Source of the DNA: an uncultured Syntrophomonadaceae bacterium
GTDB lineage: Bacteria > Bacillota > Dethiobacteria > PWVN01
DNA: 34,256 nt
Direction of reading: 5' to 3'
Assembly (NCBI GenBank): GCA_964646795.1
Contig: CAZYHL010000002.1
Location: 1 to 34,256, forward strand
Shown: positions 17,486 to 24,730 of the stretch, piece by piece
Layout: each line of letters starts with the position of its first letter
Numbering within the stretch: the stretch's first letter is position 1
Program-made: the position numbers and the translations under genes
The notes under the pieces: model-generated
What the model was told of the DNA's origin: nothing
Seen by the model: only the letters and a program-made list of their open reading frames with translations
Databases searched by the model: none

Positions 17486-17517
17486 AGGGGAGGAAAGTCC
17501 GCTGACTTGCCTCCCCT
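17486..17517 (-). other. strong GC-rich hairpin downstream of the ABC operon (possible terminator or RNA element)
   Basis: AGGGGAGG (17486-17493) pairs with CCTCCCCT (17510-17517). An inner stem AAGTC (17495-17499) pairs with GACTT (17504-17508) around a 4-nt loop. No clean U-tract follows on either strand. Confidence 0.35.
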
Positions 17518-17626
17518 GCAACAAAACAATGCCAAATATGAATTCCAAGGGAACAATAACGCCCCTCAGATTGCCTAAGAGATTCCGACCCTTAACAGAA
17601 AAACCTTTTAATTATTCACATTACAT

Positions 17627-18265
17627 TTAAATGCTGTTTTTAAATAAATCTTTTTCTATCCGGAAGCCGCACCATAAAATTACTAAAGCTACAGCGGCTA
17701 GAACGGCGGCTTTGCCGAGGTCGGCTGTGCTGTTAAAAATACCCTGTCCGAAAATATTTAAAGGGGAATGATCAAAATCTTCAACCAACCTAAAAAACAA
17801 GCAGTAAGTAAAATTTAAAATCAGGGGCATAAAAGTATTTTGAAACAACAAGGACAGATAATACGCCGCGGCAATTAAAAGCAGGCTTTGACTGATGACG
17901 GCAATAAACAGGTACCAGACAAAATCGAAGATAGAAGAAAAATATATAAATGCGGCCAGCACATGCAAGGAATAATAAGCCCATAAAATAAGCATTTTTA
18001 CGGAAAGGCTGTCACGGCCGGTCCTGTAGCTAAAGAGCAGCTCCTTTCCGGGTGAATTAAGATATTCCTTCATAATAAATAACGGCCACCAGGCGGAAAA
18101 GACGGGAATAAACAACTGGCTGATAAAGGCAAATTCCGGGAAACAGTCACCACTGCTGTTTTTTAATGTGGCATAAACCATCAAAGGAGTCAGGATAAAA
18201 AGGACGACGAGCGGAACGAAATAATAATACTGCTGGTTTTTCAGCTCAAGGTATAGCCTTCTCAT
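17627..18265 (-). CDS. integral membrane protein, probable permease partner of the ABC ATPase
   Basis: The track ORF starts at 18289. The ATG at 18265 shares its A with the ATPase TGA (GCGTGATGAG), which suggests translational coupling. About 6 hydrophobic spans and no recognisable motif. Confidence 0.7.
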   Translation of the reverse strand: MRRLYLELKNQQYYYFVPLVVLFILTPLMVYATLKNSSGDCFPEFAFISQLFIPVFSAWWPLFIMKEYLNSPGKELLFSYRTGRDSLSVKMLILWAYYSLHVLAAFIYFSSIFDFVWYLFIAVISQSLLLIAAAYYLSLLFQNTFMPLILNFTYCLFFRLVEDFDHSPLNIFGQGIFNSTADLGKAAVLAAVALVILWCGFRIEKDLFKNSI

Positions 18266-19113
18266 CACGCAAACCCCTTTACCAGGCACATATATCCGTC
18301 CTCCAGGCTGGGCTTCTCGCTTTGGCCGGTTTGCATCTCCTTCGCCAGTATCCTGTAGTAAACCCTGCCTTCCGTCTCGCTTGTCTTGAGAATAAATGTT
18401 TTCGCGGTAATACTTTGATATTCATCCTCCGGGACTTGGAACACCTTACCTGCCGCAATAGCCTTCAGTTCTTCGCAAGACCCGTTGAAGACAACATGTC
18501 CTTCGTTGATAACAATAACAAAGCGGCAGCAGGCATCCACATCCTCCACGATATGGGTGGAAATCAGGACCATCCTGTCCTTTTTAATCCCGCTTACGGT
18601 GTTTTTAAACCTGGCCCTTTCACTGGGGTCAAGCCCGGCCGTAGGCTCGTCCAGCAGCAATACCTTTGTCTTCCCCATAATGGCTTGCGCGATGCCGGCC
18701 CTTCTCACCATGCCGCCCGACAGCGTGTTAATCCTATCACCGGCTTTGTCTTCCAGGTTAACCTTGCGAAGGGCTTCCATTATCTCGCTGTCCCTGCTGC
18801 CTTTGGCAATCCCCTTTAATGTACAGATATAGTCCATCATTTCATACAAAGTGAGCTCCCGGAACATACCGAAGGCCTGGGGAAGATAGCCGAGGGTTTG
18901 GCGATAGCGGCGGGATTTTTGGATGGGCTCTTCGTCATAAAAAACAGTACCCTGCCGGGGTTGGTACAATCCCGTCATACAGCGTATCAGCGTGGTCTTT
19001 CCGGCGCCGTTGGCGCCCAGCAAGCCGTAAACCTCCGTATCCAGCTCTAAATTCACCCCGTGGAGCGCTTCCTTTCTGCCAAAGCTTTTACTCAAATTTT
19101 CTACCCTTATCAT
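18265..19113 (-). CDS. ABC transporter ATP-binding protein
   Basis: 282 aa with Walker A GANGAGKTT, signature LSGGMVRR and Walker B VLLLDEPTAGLD. Its start overlaps the upstream gene stop (19110-19113). Confidence 0.9.
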   Translation of the reverse strand: MIRVENLSKSFGRKEALHGVNLELDTEVYGLLGANGAGKTTLIRCMTGLYQPRQGTVFYDEEPIQKSRRYRQTLGYLPQAFGMFRELTLYEMMDYICTLKGIAKGSRDSEIMEALRKVNLEDKAGDRINTLSGGMVRRAGIAQAIMGKTKVLLLDEPTAGLDPSERARFKNTVSGIKKDRMVLISTHIVEDVDACCRFVIVINEGHVVFNGSCEELKAIAAGKVFQVPEDEYQSITAKTFILKTSETEGRVYYRILAKEMQTGQSEKPSLEDGYMCLVKGFA

Positions 19114-21230
19114 TTTTGCAGGTCCTCCCTCACAATTCTTTCAACTATATCCAAATAATTTTCACCGGTATCAGTGGTGAAATATTCCATAAAGATGCGC
19201 TTGTTCTCGTCTCTATGGGGAGATTCACGGAAAAGATATTTGGCTGCCGTTTCGTTGACGCTGGAACGCAAGCTATACATCTGCATATCTAGATTAGAAA
19301 ATGTTTCTCTTTCCTGCTCATCCAATTCCCGGATGCTTTTGTTATCCATACCCCCATATTTTTCTAATTCTTTATTGAAGTCACGTAACTCAACAATACT
19401 TTTAAGGAGCAGCTTAGGGTTTACTCCTTCCTGATAAAGCGGATCCGTCTTATCCTCCCGGTTAAATAAACAGCGTATAAACTCGTACTTAAACTCGTAA
19501 TCGGCCGGACCGGCCTTAATTAGTGAGTGGATAACATACTCAGCTAAATCTTCACTACTTATACTGTAACAAGAGGTGATGATGTGGTCGTTCATAACAA
19601 CAAAATTATTGGAACTGGAGGAAACCAGATGAGGCACGAGAAAAATTTTCCGGCTGGAAATCCCCATGGCGGCTTCAGGAAAGAAACCCATGCCGGCAAA
19701 TATGCCCCCCATTACTGCTTCAGCTTCCCTGAAGTGTTTCCGCTTGGGCCAGTTCTTTTCCAGGGGCTCGGCATACAAATTTTCTTCCACCTCGGCATAC
19801 ATGCCGGCAAATAGCGTTAAAGCGTTTGATCTCCCGGCAAAGGAGTTGCCGCTCCCTTCCAGGTTGCAGAACAGACGCAAATTGGAGCGGATGTTTACCG
19901 TAAAGTCCATTTCCTCAGGCGGAACATTGATGGAATAGCCATCCCGGCCCCAAATGTTTTTTCTGCCGGCCTGGGGGTAATAAACAAAGTAGCCGGGCAG
20001 AGTAACTGCCTGACTGTTGGCATAGAATATTGGCGATTTGCCGTAATACTTGAAGATAAGGGTGTCCTCTCCTTTTAAAGAACCCAGGGTAATGTAATCG
20101 CCCTCGCGGGTGAAAGGCATTTCCTTCCCCCTGGCAGTGGAAACGCTTTTCAGCCTGTAGCCGTGGTAGAGGGTGAAATCGTAGCTTTCAAGGCCGGGAT
20201 TATCTACGGCAACTTTCACTTCCGCGTGCAGTTCGTTGCTGATTTTGAGGTTCATTTCGTAGGCCCTGATTTTGAAACCGGCTTCACTTCCCGTGTAGTC
20301 TGCCACCGGCGTGTCCATATAATAAATTTGATCGGCGAAAACATAGGAATCATTTCTGTAGTCCATTAACAAGGTCGATCCCCTAAGGGAAAACAAGCCC
20401 ACCGCTGCCAGTACCGTGATGAATCCGGCGGCTGCCAGCCGTTTTTTTGTTCTGCCCTTGAAACACTCCATTGACACCAGGATAAGGGGGAACATAAGCC
20501 AAAATACCGCCAGTACCCACCTGATAGGTTCCATGGGATACCCATATAAGGAAATAAGCCTAAAGGTGCTGCCTATCTCGTAGGGTACAAAGGCAAAAAA
20601 ATCCTTGACGTAGTAGAGGAGCCTTTCGGCCAGGGAAGAATTGAAAAGCAGATAAGGAATTCGAAAGGGAATTTCAGTAACTTTGGTATTCAACATCAAC
20701 AAAATAACAGCAAAGCTGTAGACCTTCAGCCTCTTGGTTTTAATTTTTGCCGCCGCAGCCAACCCCAACAACCCACCGCTTGCCAGGAACAGCCCGAAAT
20801 AGAGCACCGACAGTTTTACCAGGTGAACTAAAAAGGGATGGTATTGAATATTTAAGTAAACATAGATAAAAATGTTAAAGGCAAAAAACATGAGAAAGGG
20901 TAATGCCGTCAACGTTAAAAGGCATAACATGAAAGCCTGGTAGGCTTTCCAATAACCCCGCCCGGAGGCTGCGAAATATTCGGCCATATCGTTGTCGTAT
21001 ACTTTCACGGCAAGTTCGTAACCGAGGTAAAAGAAAAACATAACTAGAAAAATGCAGGAAAGTACCACCCATTTGGTAATTTCAACTATATTACTATCGA
21101 ATATCTCCTCTAGACGCAAGTATGAAAAACCAAGATACAGAGAAATCAAAGCCAGCAAGATAAGGTATGGGATACTCAGATATTTGCTGCGCCAAAATAT
21201 CTGGAGCGTTTGTCGGTATAATTTCCGCAA
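19110..21230 (-). CDS. large membrane protein: N-terminal ABC-2-like permease region (~290 aa, multi-TM) fused to a ~410-aa extracytoplasmic domain lacking a metalloprotease motif
   Basis: 706 aa, TTG start 8 nt after GGGAGGC. It is hydrophobic up to about residue 290 and soluble afterwards. The segment FKIRAYEMNLKISNELHAEVKVAVDNPGLESYDFTLYHGYRLKSVS resembles the start of M1-aminopeptidase-like N-domains. No HExxH occurs anywhere in the protein. Confidence 0.75.
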   Translation of the reverse strand: MRKLYRQTLQIFWRSKYLSIPYLILLALISLYLGFSYLRLEEIFDSNIVEITKWVVLSCIFLVMFFFYLGYELAVKVYDNDMAEYFAASGRGYWKAYQAFMLCLLTLTALPFLMFFAFNIFIYVYLNIQYHPFLVHLVKLSVLYFGLFLASGGLLGLAAAAKIKTKRLKVYSFAVILLMLNTKVTEIPFRIPYLLFNSSLAERLLYYVKDFFAFVPYEIGSTFRLISLYGYPMEPIRWVLAVFWLMFPLILVSMECFKGRTKKRLAAAGFITVLAAVGLFSLRGSTLLMDYRNDSYVFADQIYYMDTPVADYTGSEAGFKIRAYEMNLKISNELHAEVKVAVDNPGLESYDFTLYHGYRLKSVSTARGKEMPFTREGDYITLGSLKGEDTLIFKYYGKSPIFYANSQAVTLPGYFVYYPQAGRKNIWGRDGYSINVPPEEMDFTVNIRSNLRLFCNLEGSGNSFAGRSNALTLFAGMYAEVEENLYAEPLEKNWPKRKHFREAEAVMGGIFAGMGFFPEAAMGISSRKIFLVPHLVSSSSNNFVVMNDHIITSCYSISSEDLAEYVIHSLIKAGPADYEFKYEFIRCLFNREDKTDPLYQEGVNPKLLLKSIVELRDFNKELEKYGGMDNKSIRELDEQERETFSNLDMQMYSLRSSVNETAAKYLFRESPHRDENKRIFMEYFTTDTGENYLDIVERIVREDLQK

Positions 21231-21440
21231 GCCTAAAGCCTCCCTTAGGAAAAAGAATAACGGGAACTTCCTGGATATTTATTCTAATATATTCTATTTT
21301 ATAAGCAAACTTCCTTCTAGAGGCTAGTATTATTTAATTATAGTTTCCTTGGGATGTGATTATCTGGCAGCTTATATACATGGATAACCCGGTATGTCCT
21401 TGCTTCACGGGTGCAGATTGGATGCTTGTTTTTTCTCCTG

Positions 21441-21475
21441 CCAAAAAAAGAATCAAGCATAGCCTGATTCTTTTA
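21441..21475. terminator. rho-independent (bidirectional) terminator ending the HTH/membrane/micro-ORF operon
   Basis: AAAGAATCA (21447-21455) pairs with TGATTCTTT (21465-21473) around a 9-nt loop. On the minus strand the hairpin is followed by a U-run (plus-strand A-run 21443-21449). Confidence 0.6.
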
Positions 21476-21520
21476 TCTCGGCGTAACAAAAAGCCCTTCA
21501 GTCCTGGTCTTTTTATTGTA

Positions 21521-21649
21521 TTAAAGAATATTTTCTTCTTTTAACTCTATTACCGCTTTTTTTATAGCGGTCTTAACGACAAAATACAATACCAATACCG
21601 GAATAGCGAAGTAAATTGGAAATAATATTATACTTATAAAAGGATCCAT
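21521..21649 (-). CDS. 42-aa single-TM micro-protein (not in the ORF track)
   Basis: ATG 21649 lies 6 nt after AAAGGAGGG. I translated it codon by codon as MDPFISIILFPIYFAIPVLVLYFVVKTAIKKAVIELKEENIL, with stop TAA at 21521-21523. It starts 40 nt downstream of the 111-aa gene and is followed by the terminator. Confidence 0.5.
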   Translation of the reverse strand: MDPFISIILFPIYFAIPVLVLYFVVKTAIKKAVIELKEENIL

Positions 21650-21689
21650 TACCTTCCCTCCTTTCATCCCCAAACATTTTTTAGTTCTT

Positions 21690-22025
21690 TTATTCCAGGT
21701 CCAGAATATTCATTTTTTCTATCTGTTTATTCTTCTTCAATTTTTCCCGGCTAGCAAAGTAGATTACCAATAAAATTGCTGTTGGAATATTGAATACCAA
21801 GAATATCGTTAATATATGCAAAAAATTTATAATTTCCGCTAGACCCGGTTCAGCATAGACATTTAAGGTTGGAAGGAAAGAAAATAATAAACTAATTGAG
21901 GGCAATATCAGGCCAAACCATTTGTACTCTTTTTTTGACAAGAATACTTGGATGACAATTACCCCAATTAACAATACTACAAGAATCAATACTACAAGAA
22001 TCAATAAATTCGCGGAGATACTCAT
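21690..22025 (-). CDS. small integral membrane protein (3 TM)
   Basis: 111 aa. ATG follows GGAGGAAAGTGAG, with one base (22026) between the upstream TGA stop (22029-22027) and this ATG (GTGAGATG). Three hydrophobic spans and a lysine-rich tail. Confidence 0.7.
   Translation of the reverse strand: MSISANLLILVVLILVVLLIGVIVIQVFLSKKEYKWFGLILPSISLLFSFLPTLNVYAEPGLAEIINFLHILTIFLVFNIPTAILLVIYFASREKLKKNKQIEKMNILDLE
21972..22006. repeat. perfect 15-bp tandem duplication (CAATACTACAAGAAT x2 plus a partial third copy) inside the 111-aa gene
   Basis: Read directly: 21972-21986 equals 21987-22001, followed by CAATA. It is in frame and encodes the LILVV-LILVV duplication in TM1. Confidence 0.9.
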
Positions 22026-22026
22026 C

Positions 22027-22332
22027 TCACTTTCCTCCGTCCTTCTCTGTTTTTTTATACTCTTGAATTAAAATTTTAGCGGTATCAAAGTCTAATTTCT
22101 CATTTATTGCCAACCGCTTTATTAAGGACACATAAGGATCCTTCGTATTATTCTCTGATATCTTTATTTTTTGAATTAAACGATCCAGCCTCAACCTTAC
22201 GGTGGGGTAAGTAACATTATAAATCCGGGCACTTTCTTTTAATGAACCAGAACATAATATAAATTTTTTAATGAAATTTATATCTTCGTCATCTAAAGCA
22301 GCTATCCATTCGGGCATCACATTGACAGTCAA
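22027..22332 (-). CDS. DUF2089-like helix-turn-helix transcriptional regulator (no zinc ribbon)
   Basis: 101 aa. The segment LDDEDINFIKKFILCSGSLKESARIYNVTYPTVRLRLDRLIQKI matches the DUF2089 C-terminal HTH pattern (..E..FI..F....GN.KE.....ISYPTVRN.LD..). The start is TTG 22332 or ATG 22317. Confidence 0.7.
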   Translation of the reverse strand: MTVNVMPEWIAALDDEDINFIKKFILCSGSLKESARIYNVTYPTVRLRLDRLIQKIKISENNTKDPYVSLIKRLAINEKLDFDTAKILIQEYKKTEKDGGK

Positions 22333-22390
22333 TCAACTCCACTCCTCAATAATAATCAGTTATACCTTGAATTTGTTTTTAATTATCTTT

Positions 22391-22419
22391 AATATAAACT
22401 TTAATATAATTAAAGTCAA
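22391..22419 (-). promoter_or_regulatory. sigma-A-type promoter of the HTH operon
   Basis: Minus strand reads TTGACT (22419-22414), a 17-nt spacer, then TATATT (22396-22391). It lies about 60 nt upstream of the HTH gene start. Confidence 0.5.
22399..22415. promoter_or_regulatory. 17-bp palindrome CTTTAAT-ATA-ATTAAAG in the promoter spacer (candidate operator)
   Basis: Perfect 7-bp inverted arms were read directly. A third CTTTAAT heptamer at 22387-22393 overlaps the -10 element. Confidence 0.4.
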
Positions 22420-22621
22420 GGATAAAATACCCTGTCTTGGGATTATTACAGTTGAAATCCTTTACAGAAACCACAGATTTAAGTTCCGTATCCCCCTTTG
22501 ATGATACTAAAATATTTATTATACTGATGGTAGACATCCGTCATTAAGTAAATAATAATGTAATGAATACTGAAGGATAAAGAAATCGTTCTCTATGACT
22601 GAAGAAAGGGGCTACAGAATC

Positions 22622-24727
22622 ATGAAAATGAAAAAAGGTGAACCCAACCGTTTAATAAATGAAAAAAGCCCCTATCTCCTGCAGCACGCCTACAACCCGG
22701 TGGACTGGTTCCCCTGGAGCGGGGAAGCCTTTGAAAAAGCCCGCCGGGACGATAAACCGATATTTTTAAGCATCGGCTACTCCACCTGCCACTGGTGCCA
22801 TGTCATGGAAAGGGAATCTTTCGAGGATGAAGAGGTTGCCAAAGTGCTCAACGACAGTTTTGTCTGCATCAAAGTGGACCGGGAAGAACACCCCGACGTG
22901 GACGCCGTCTATATGGCTGTCTGCCAGGCCATGACGGGCAGCGGCGGCTGGCCTCTGACGGTGTTCCTGACGCCAGACAGGGAGCCTTTTTTTGCCGGCA
23001 CTTATTTCCCCAAAAACAGCGGCTACGGCCGCCCGGGCATCAAGGAACTGGCACAACAAATTTTCCATTTATGGTCTGACCGGCGGCAGGAACTCCTGCA
23101 TTCCGCCGGCAAAATTGTAGAAGGATTGAAGGGCGCATTGGAGGGTATTAAAACGGGAAAGGAACCGGGAAAGGAAACCCTGGCTAAGGCCTATGCTCAA
23201 CTATCCCGCAGTTTTGATCCCGTCTATGGCGGATTTGGCGCAGCCCCCAAGTTTCCCATGCCTCTCTACCTGTCTTTCCTGCTCAGGTACGACAAACGAA
23301 CAAATAATCCGGCCTGTTTGGCGTTGGTTGAAAAGACGCTGGCGGCCATGGGGAAGGGCGGCATATACGACCACATTGGCTTCGGCTTTCACAGGTACTC
23401 CACTGACAGGAAATGGCTCCTCCCTCATTTCGAAAAAATGCTGTACGACCAGGCTTTAATCAGCCTCGCCTATCTGGAGGCTTACCAGGTAACGGGAAAT
23501 CCCTTGTATGCTTCGAAGGTTAAAGAAATTTTTACTTATGTCATGAGGGACTTAACGGACCCCAAAGGGGCGTTTTATTCTGCCGAAGATGCCGACAGCG
23601 AGGGCGTGGAAGGAAGGTTCTACCTTTGGAGGGATGGTGAACTGAAGCAAGTTTTAGGAGAAAAGGAATACCGCGCCGCCGCTCTCGTCTACAATATTGA
23701 CCCGGAGGGGAATTATGCAGACGAAACCGCCGCTAAAACCGGCTTTAATATACTGCATCTCAAGAAGGACCCCGGGGAAATTGCCGCAGCATTACAGGTA
23801 AGAAAGGAGGACCTCCCGGAACGCCTTGAAAAGATGCGTCGGCCTCTCTTTGCCTGCCGGGAAAAAAGAGTCCGCCCCCACAGAGATGATAAAATATTAA
23901 CTGACTGGAACGGCTTGATGATAGCCGCTCTCGCCAGGGGCGGCCGGGTGCTGGCGGCGGAAGCGGAAGCATACCTGGAAGCAGCGGAAAAAGCCGCTTC
24001 TTTCATCTGCATGAAAATGATGACTCCCGAGGGGCGGCTCAAGAAAAGGTACCGGGATAATGAAACAAAGGGAAACGCCTATGCCGCTGATTATGCTTTT
24101 TTTATCTGGGGCCTACTGGAGCTCTACCAGGCTACCTTTAAAACCGACTACCTTAAAAAAGCCCTGGAGTTGGAAGATATGTTCATCGAATCCTACTGGG
24201 ATGACGAAGAAGGAGGCTTCTTCCTGGCAGCCAGGGATGATGACGAACTGCCCCTTAAGGTTAAGGAAATAGATGACGGGGCCGTTCCCTCGGCCAACTC
24301 AGCGGCCGCCCTGAACCTTTTAAAGCTGGCTCGGATTACGGGGAAGAAAGAGCTGGCGGAGAAAGCGGAAGCCATAGGCCGCTCCTTCGCCGGTAACATC
24401 ACCGGCAATCCGGCCGCCTATACCTATTATCTTTCTGCCCTTGATTTTCAGCTGGGCCCTGTTTTTGAGGTGGTAATTGCGGGAGACAGAAACAACCCGG
24501 AAACCCGGAAAATGCTGCAAAAACTAAATAGTCCCTTTATACCCGGGGCTGTCTTCCTGTTCAAAGACACTGGCAATAAAGAAGAAAGGGAGAATCTGGA
24601 AGAGATTGCTCCCTTGACAAGGGGCAAGGAAAAACTAGATGGTAAAACTACCGTATATGTTTGCCGCGATTATACCTGCCTGGCCCCCGTTACCGACCCG
24701 CAAAAGGCCCTGTCCCTACTCCTCTAA
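22622..24727 (+). CDS. thioredoxin domain-containing protein, DUF255/YyaL (SSP411-like) family
   Basis: About 700 aa with N-terminal [32 protein letters not shown]...[16 protein letters not shown] (thioredoxin fold with CxxC), followed by a long alpha/alpha-toroid-like region. ATG 22622 (SD AAAGGGG) is preferred over track start 22595. Confidence 0.9.
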   Translation: MKMKKGEPNRLINEKSPYLLQHAYNPVDWFPWSGEAFEKARRDDKPIFLSIGYSTCHWCHVMERESFEDEEVAKVLNDSFVCIKVDREEHPDVDAVYMAVCQAMTGSGGWPLTVFLTPDREPFFAGTYFPKNSGYGRPGIKELAQQIFHLWSDRRQELLHSAGKIVEGLKGALEGIKTGKEPGKETLAKAYAQLSRSFDPVYGGFGAAPKFPMPLYLSFLLRYDKRTNNPACLALVEKTLAAMGKGGIYDHIGFGFHRYSTDRKWLLPHFEKMLYDQALISLAYLEAYQVTGNPLYASKVKEIFTYVMRDLTDPKGAFYSAEDADSEGVEGRFYLWRDGELKQVLGEKEYRAAALVYNIDPEGNYADETAAKTGFNILHLKKDPGEIAAALQVRKEDLPERLEKMRRPLFACREKRVRPHRDDKILTDWNGLMIAALARGGRVLAAEAEAYLEAAEKAASFICMKMMTPEGRLKKRYRDNETKGNAYAADYAFFIWGLLELYQATFKTDYLKKALELEDMFIESYWDDEEGGFFLAARDDDELPLKVKEIDDGAVPSANSAAALNLLKLARITGKKELAEKAEAIGRSFAGNITGNPAAYTYYLSALDFQLGPVFEVVIAGDRNNPETRKMLQKLNSPFIPGAVFLFKDTGNKEERENLEEIAPLTRGKEKLDGKTTVYVCRDYTCLAPVTDPQKALSLLL

Positions 24728-24730
24728 GGC

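Noticed and set aside
19110-21230. Calling the 706-aa protein an active M1 aminopeptidase fusion
   Set aside because: No HExxH occurs anywhere in the protein; the His contexts are HPFLVH, LHAEV, YHGYR, KHFRE, PHLVS, DHIIT, IHSLI and PHRDE. No GAMEN motif was seen either. Only a peptidase-like, probably non-catalytic, domain can be suggested.
21356-21544. 62-aa plus-strand ORF in the AT-rich spacer, with similar ORFs at 21052..21327 and 22271..22501
   Set aside because: They have no SD, an AT-rich low-information composition, and they overlap better-supported minus-strand features (terminator, 42-aa ORF, promoter).
22387-22415. Short AT-rich repeats as a possible CRISPR or minisatellite
   Set aside because: There are only three 7-nt heptamers with no spacer-repeat periodicity. 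A promoter-operator architecture explains them better.
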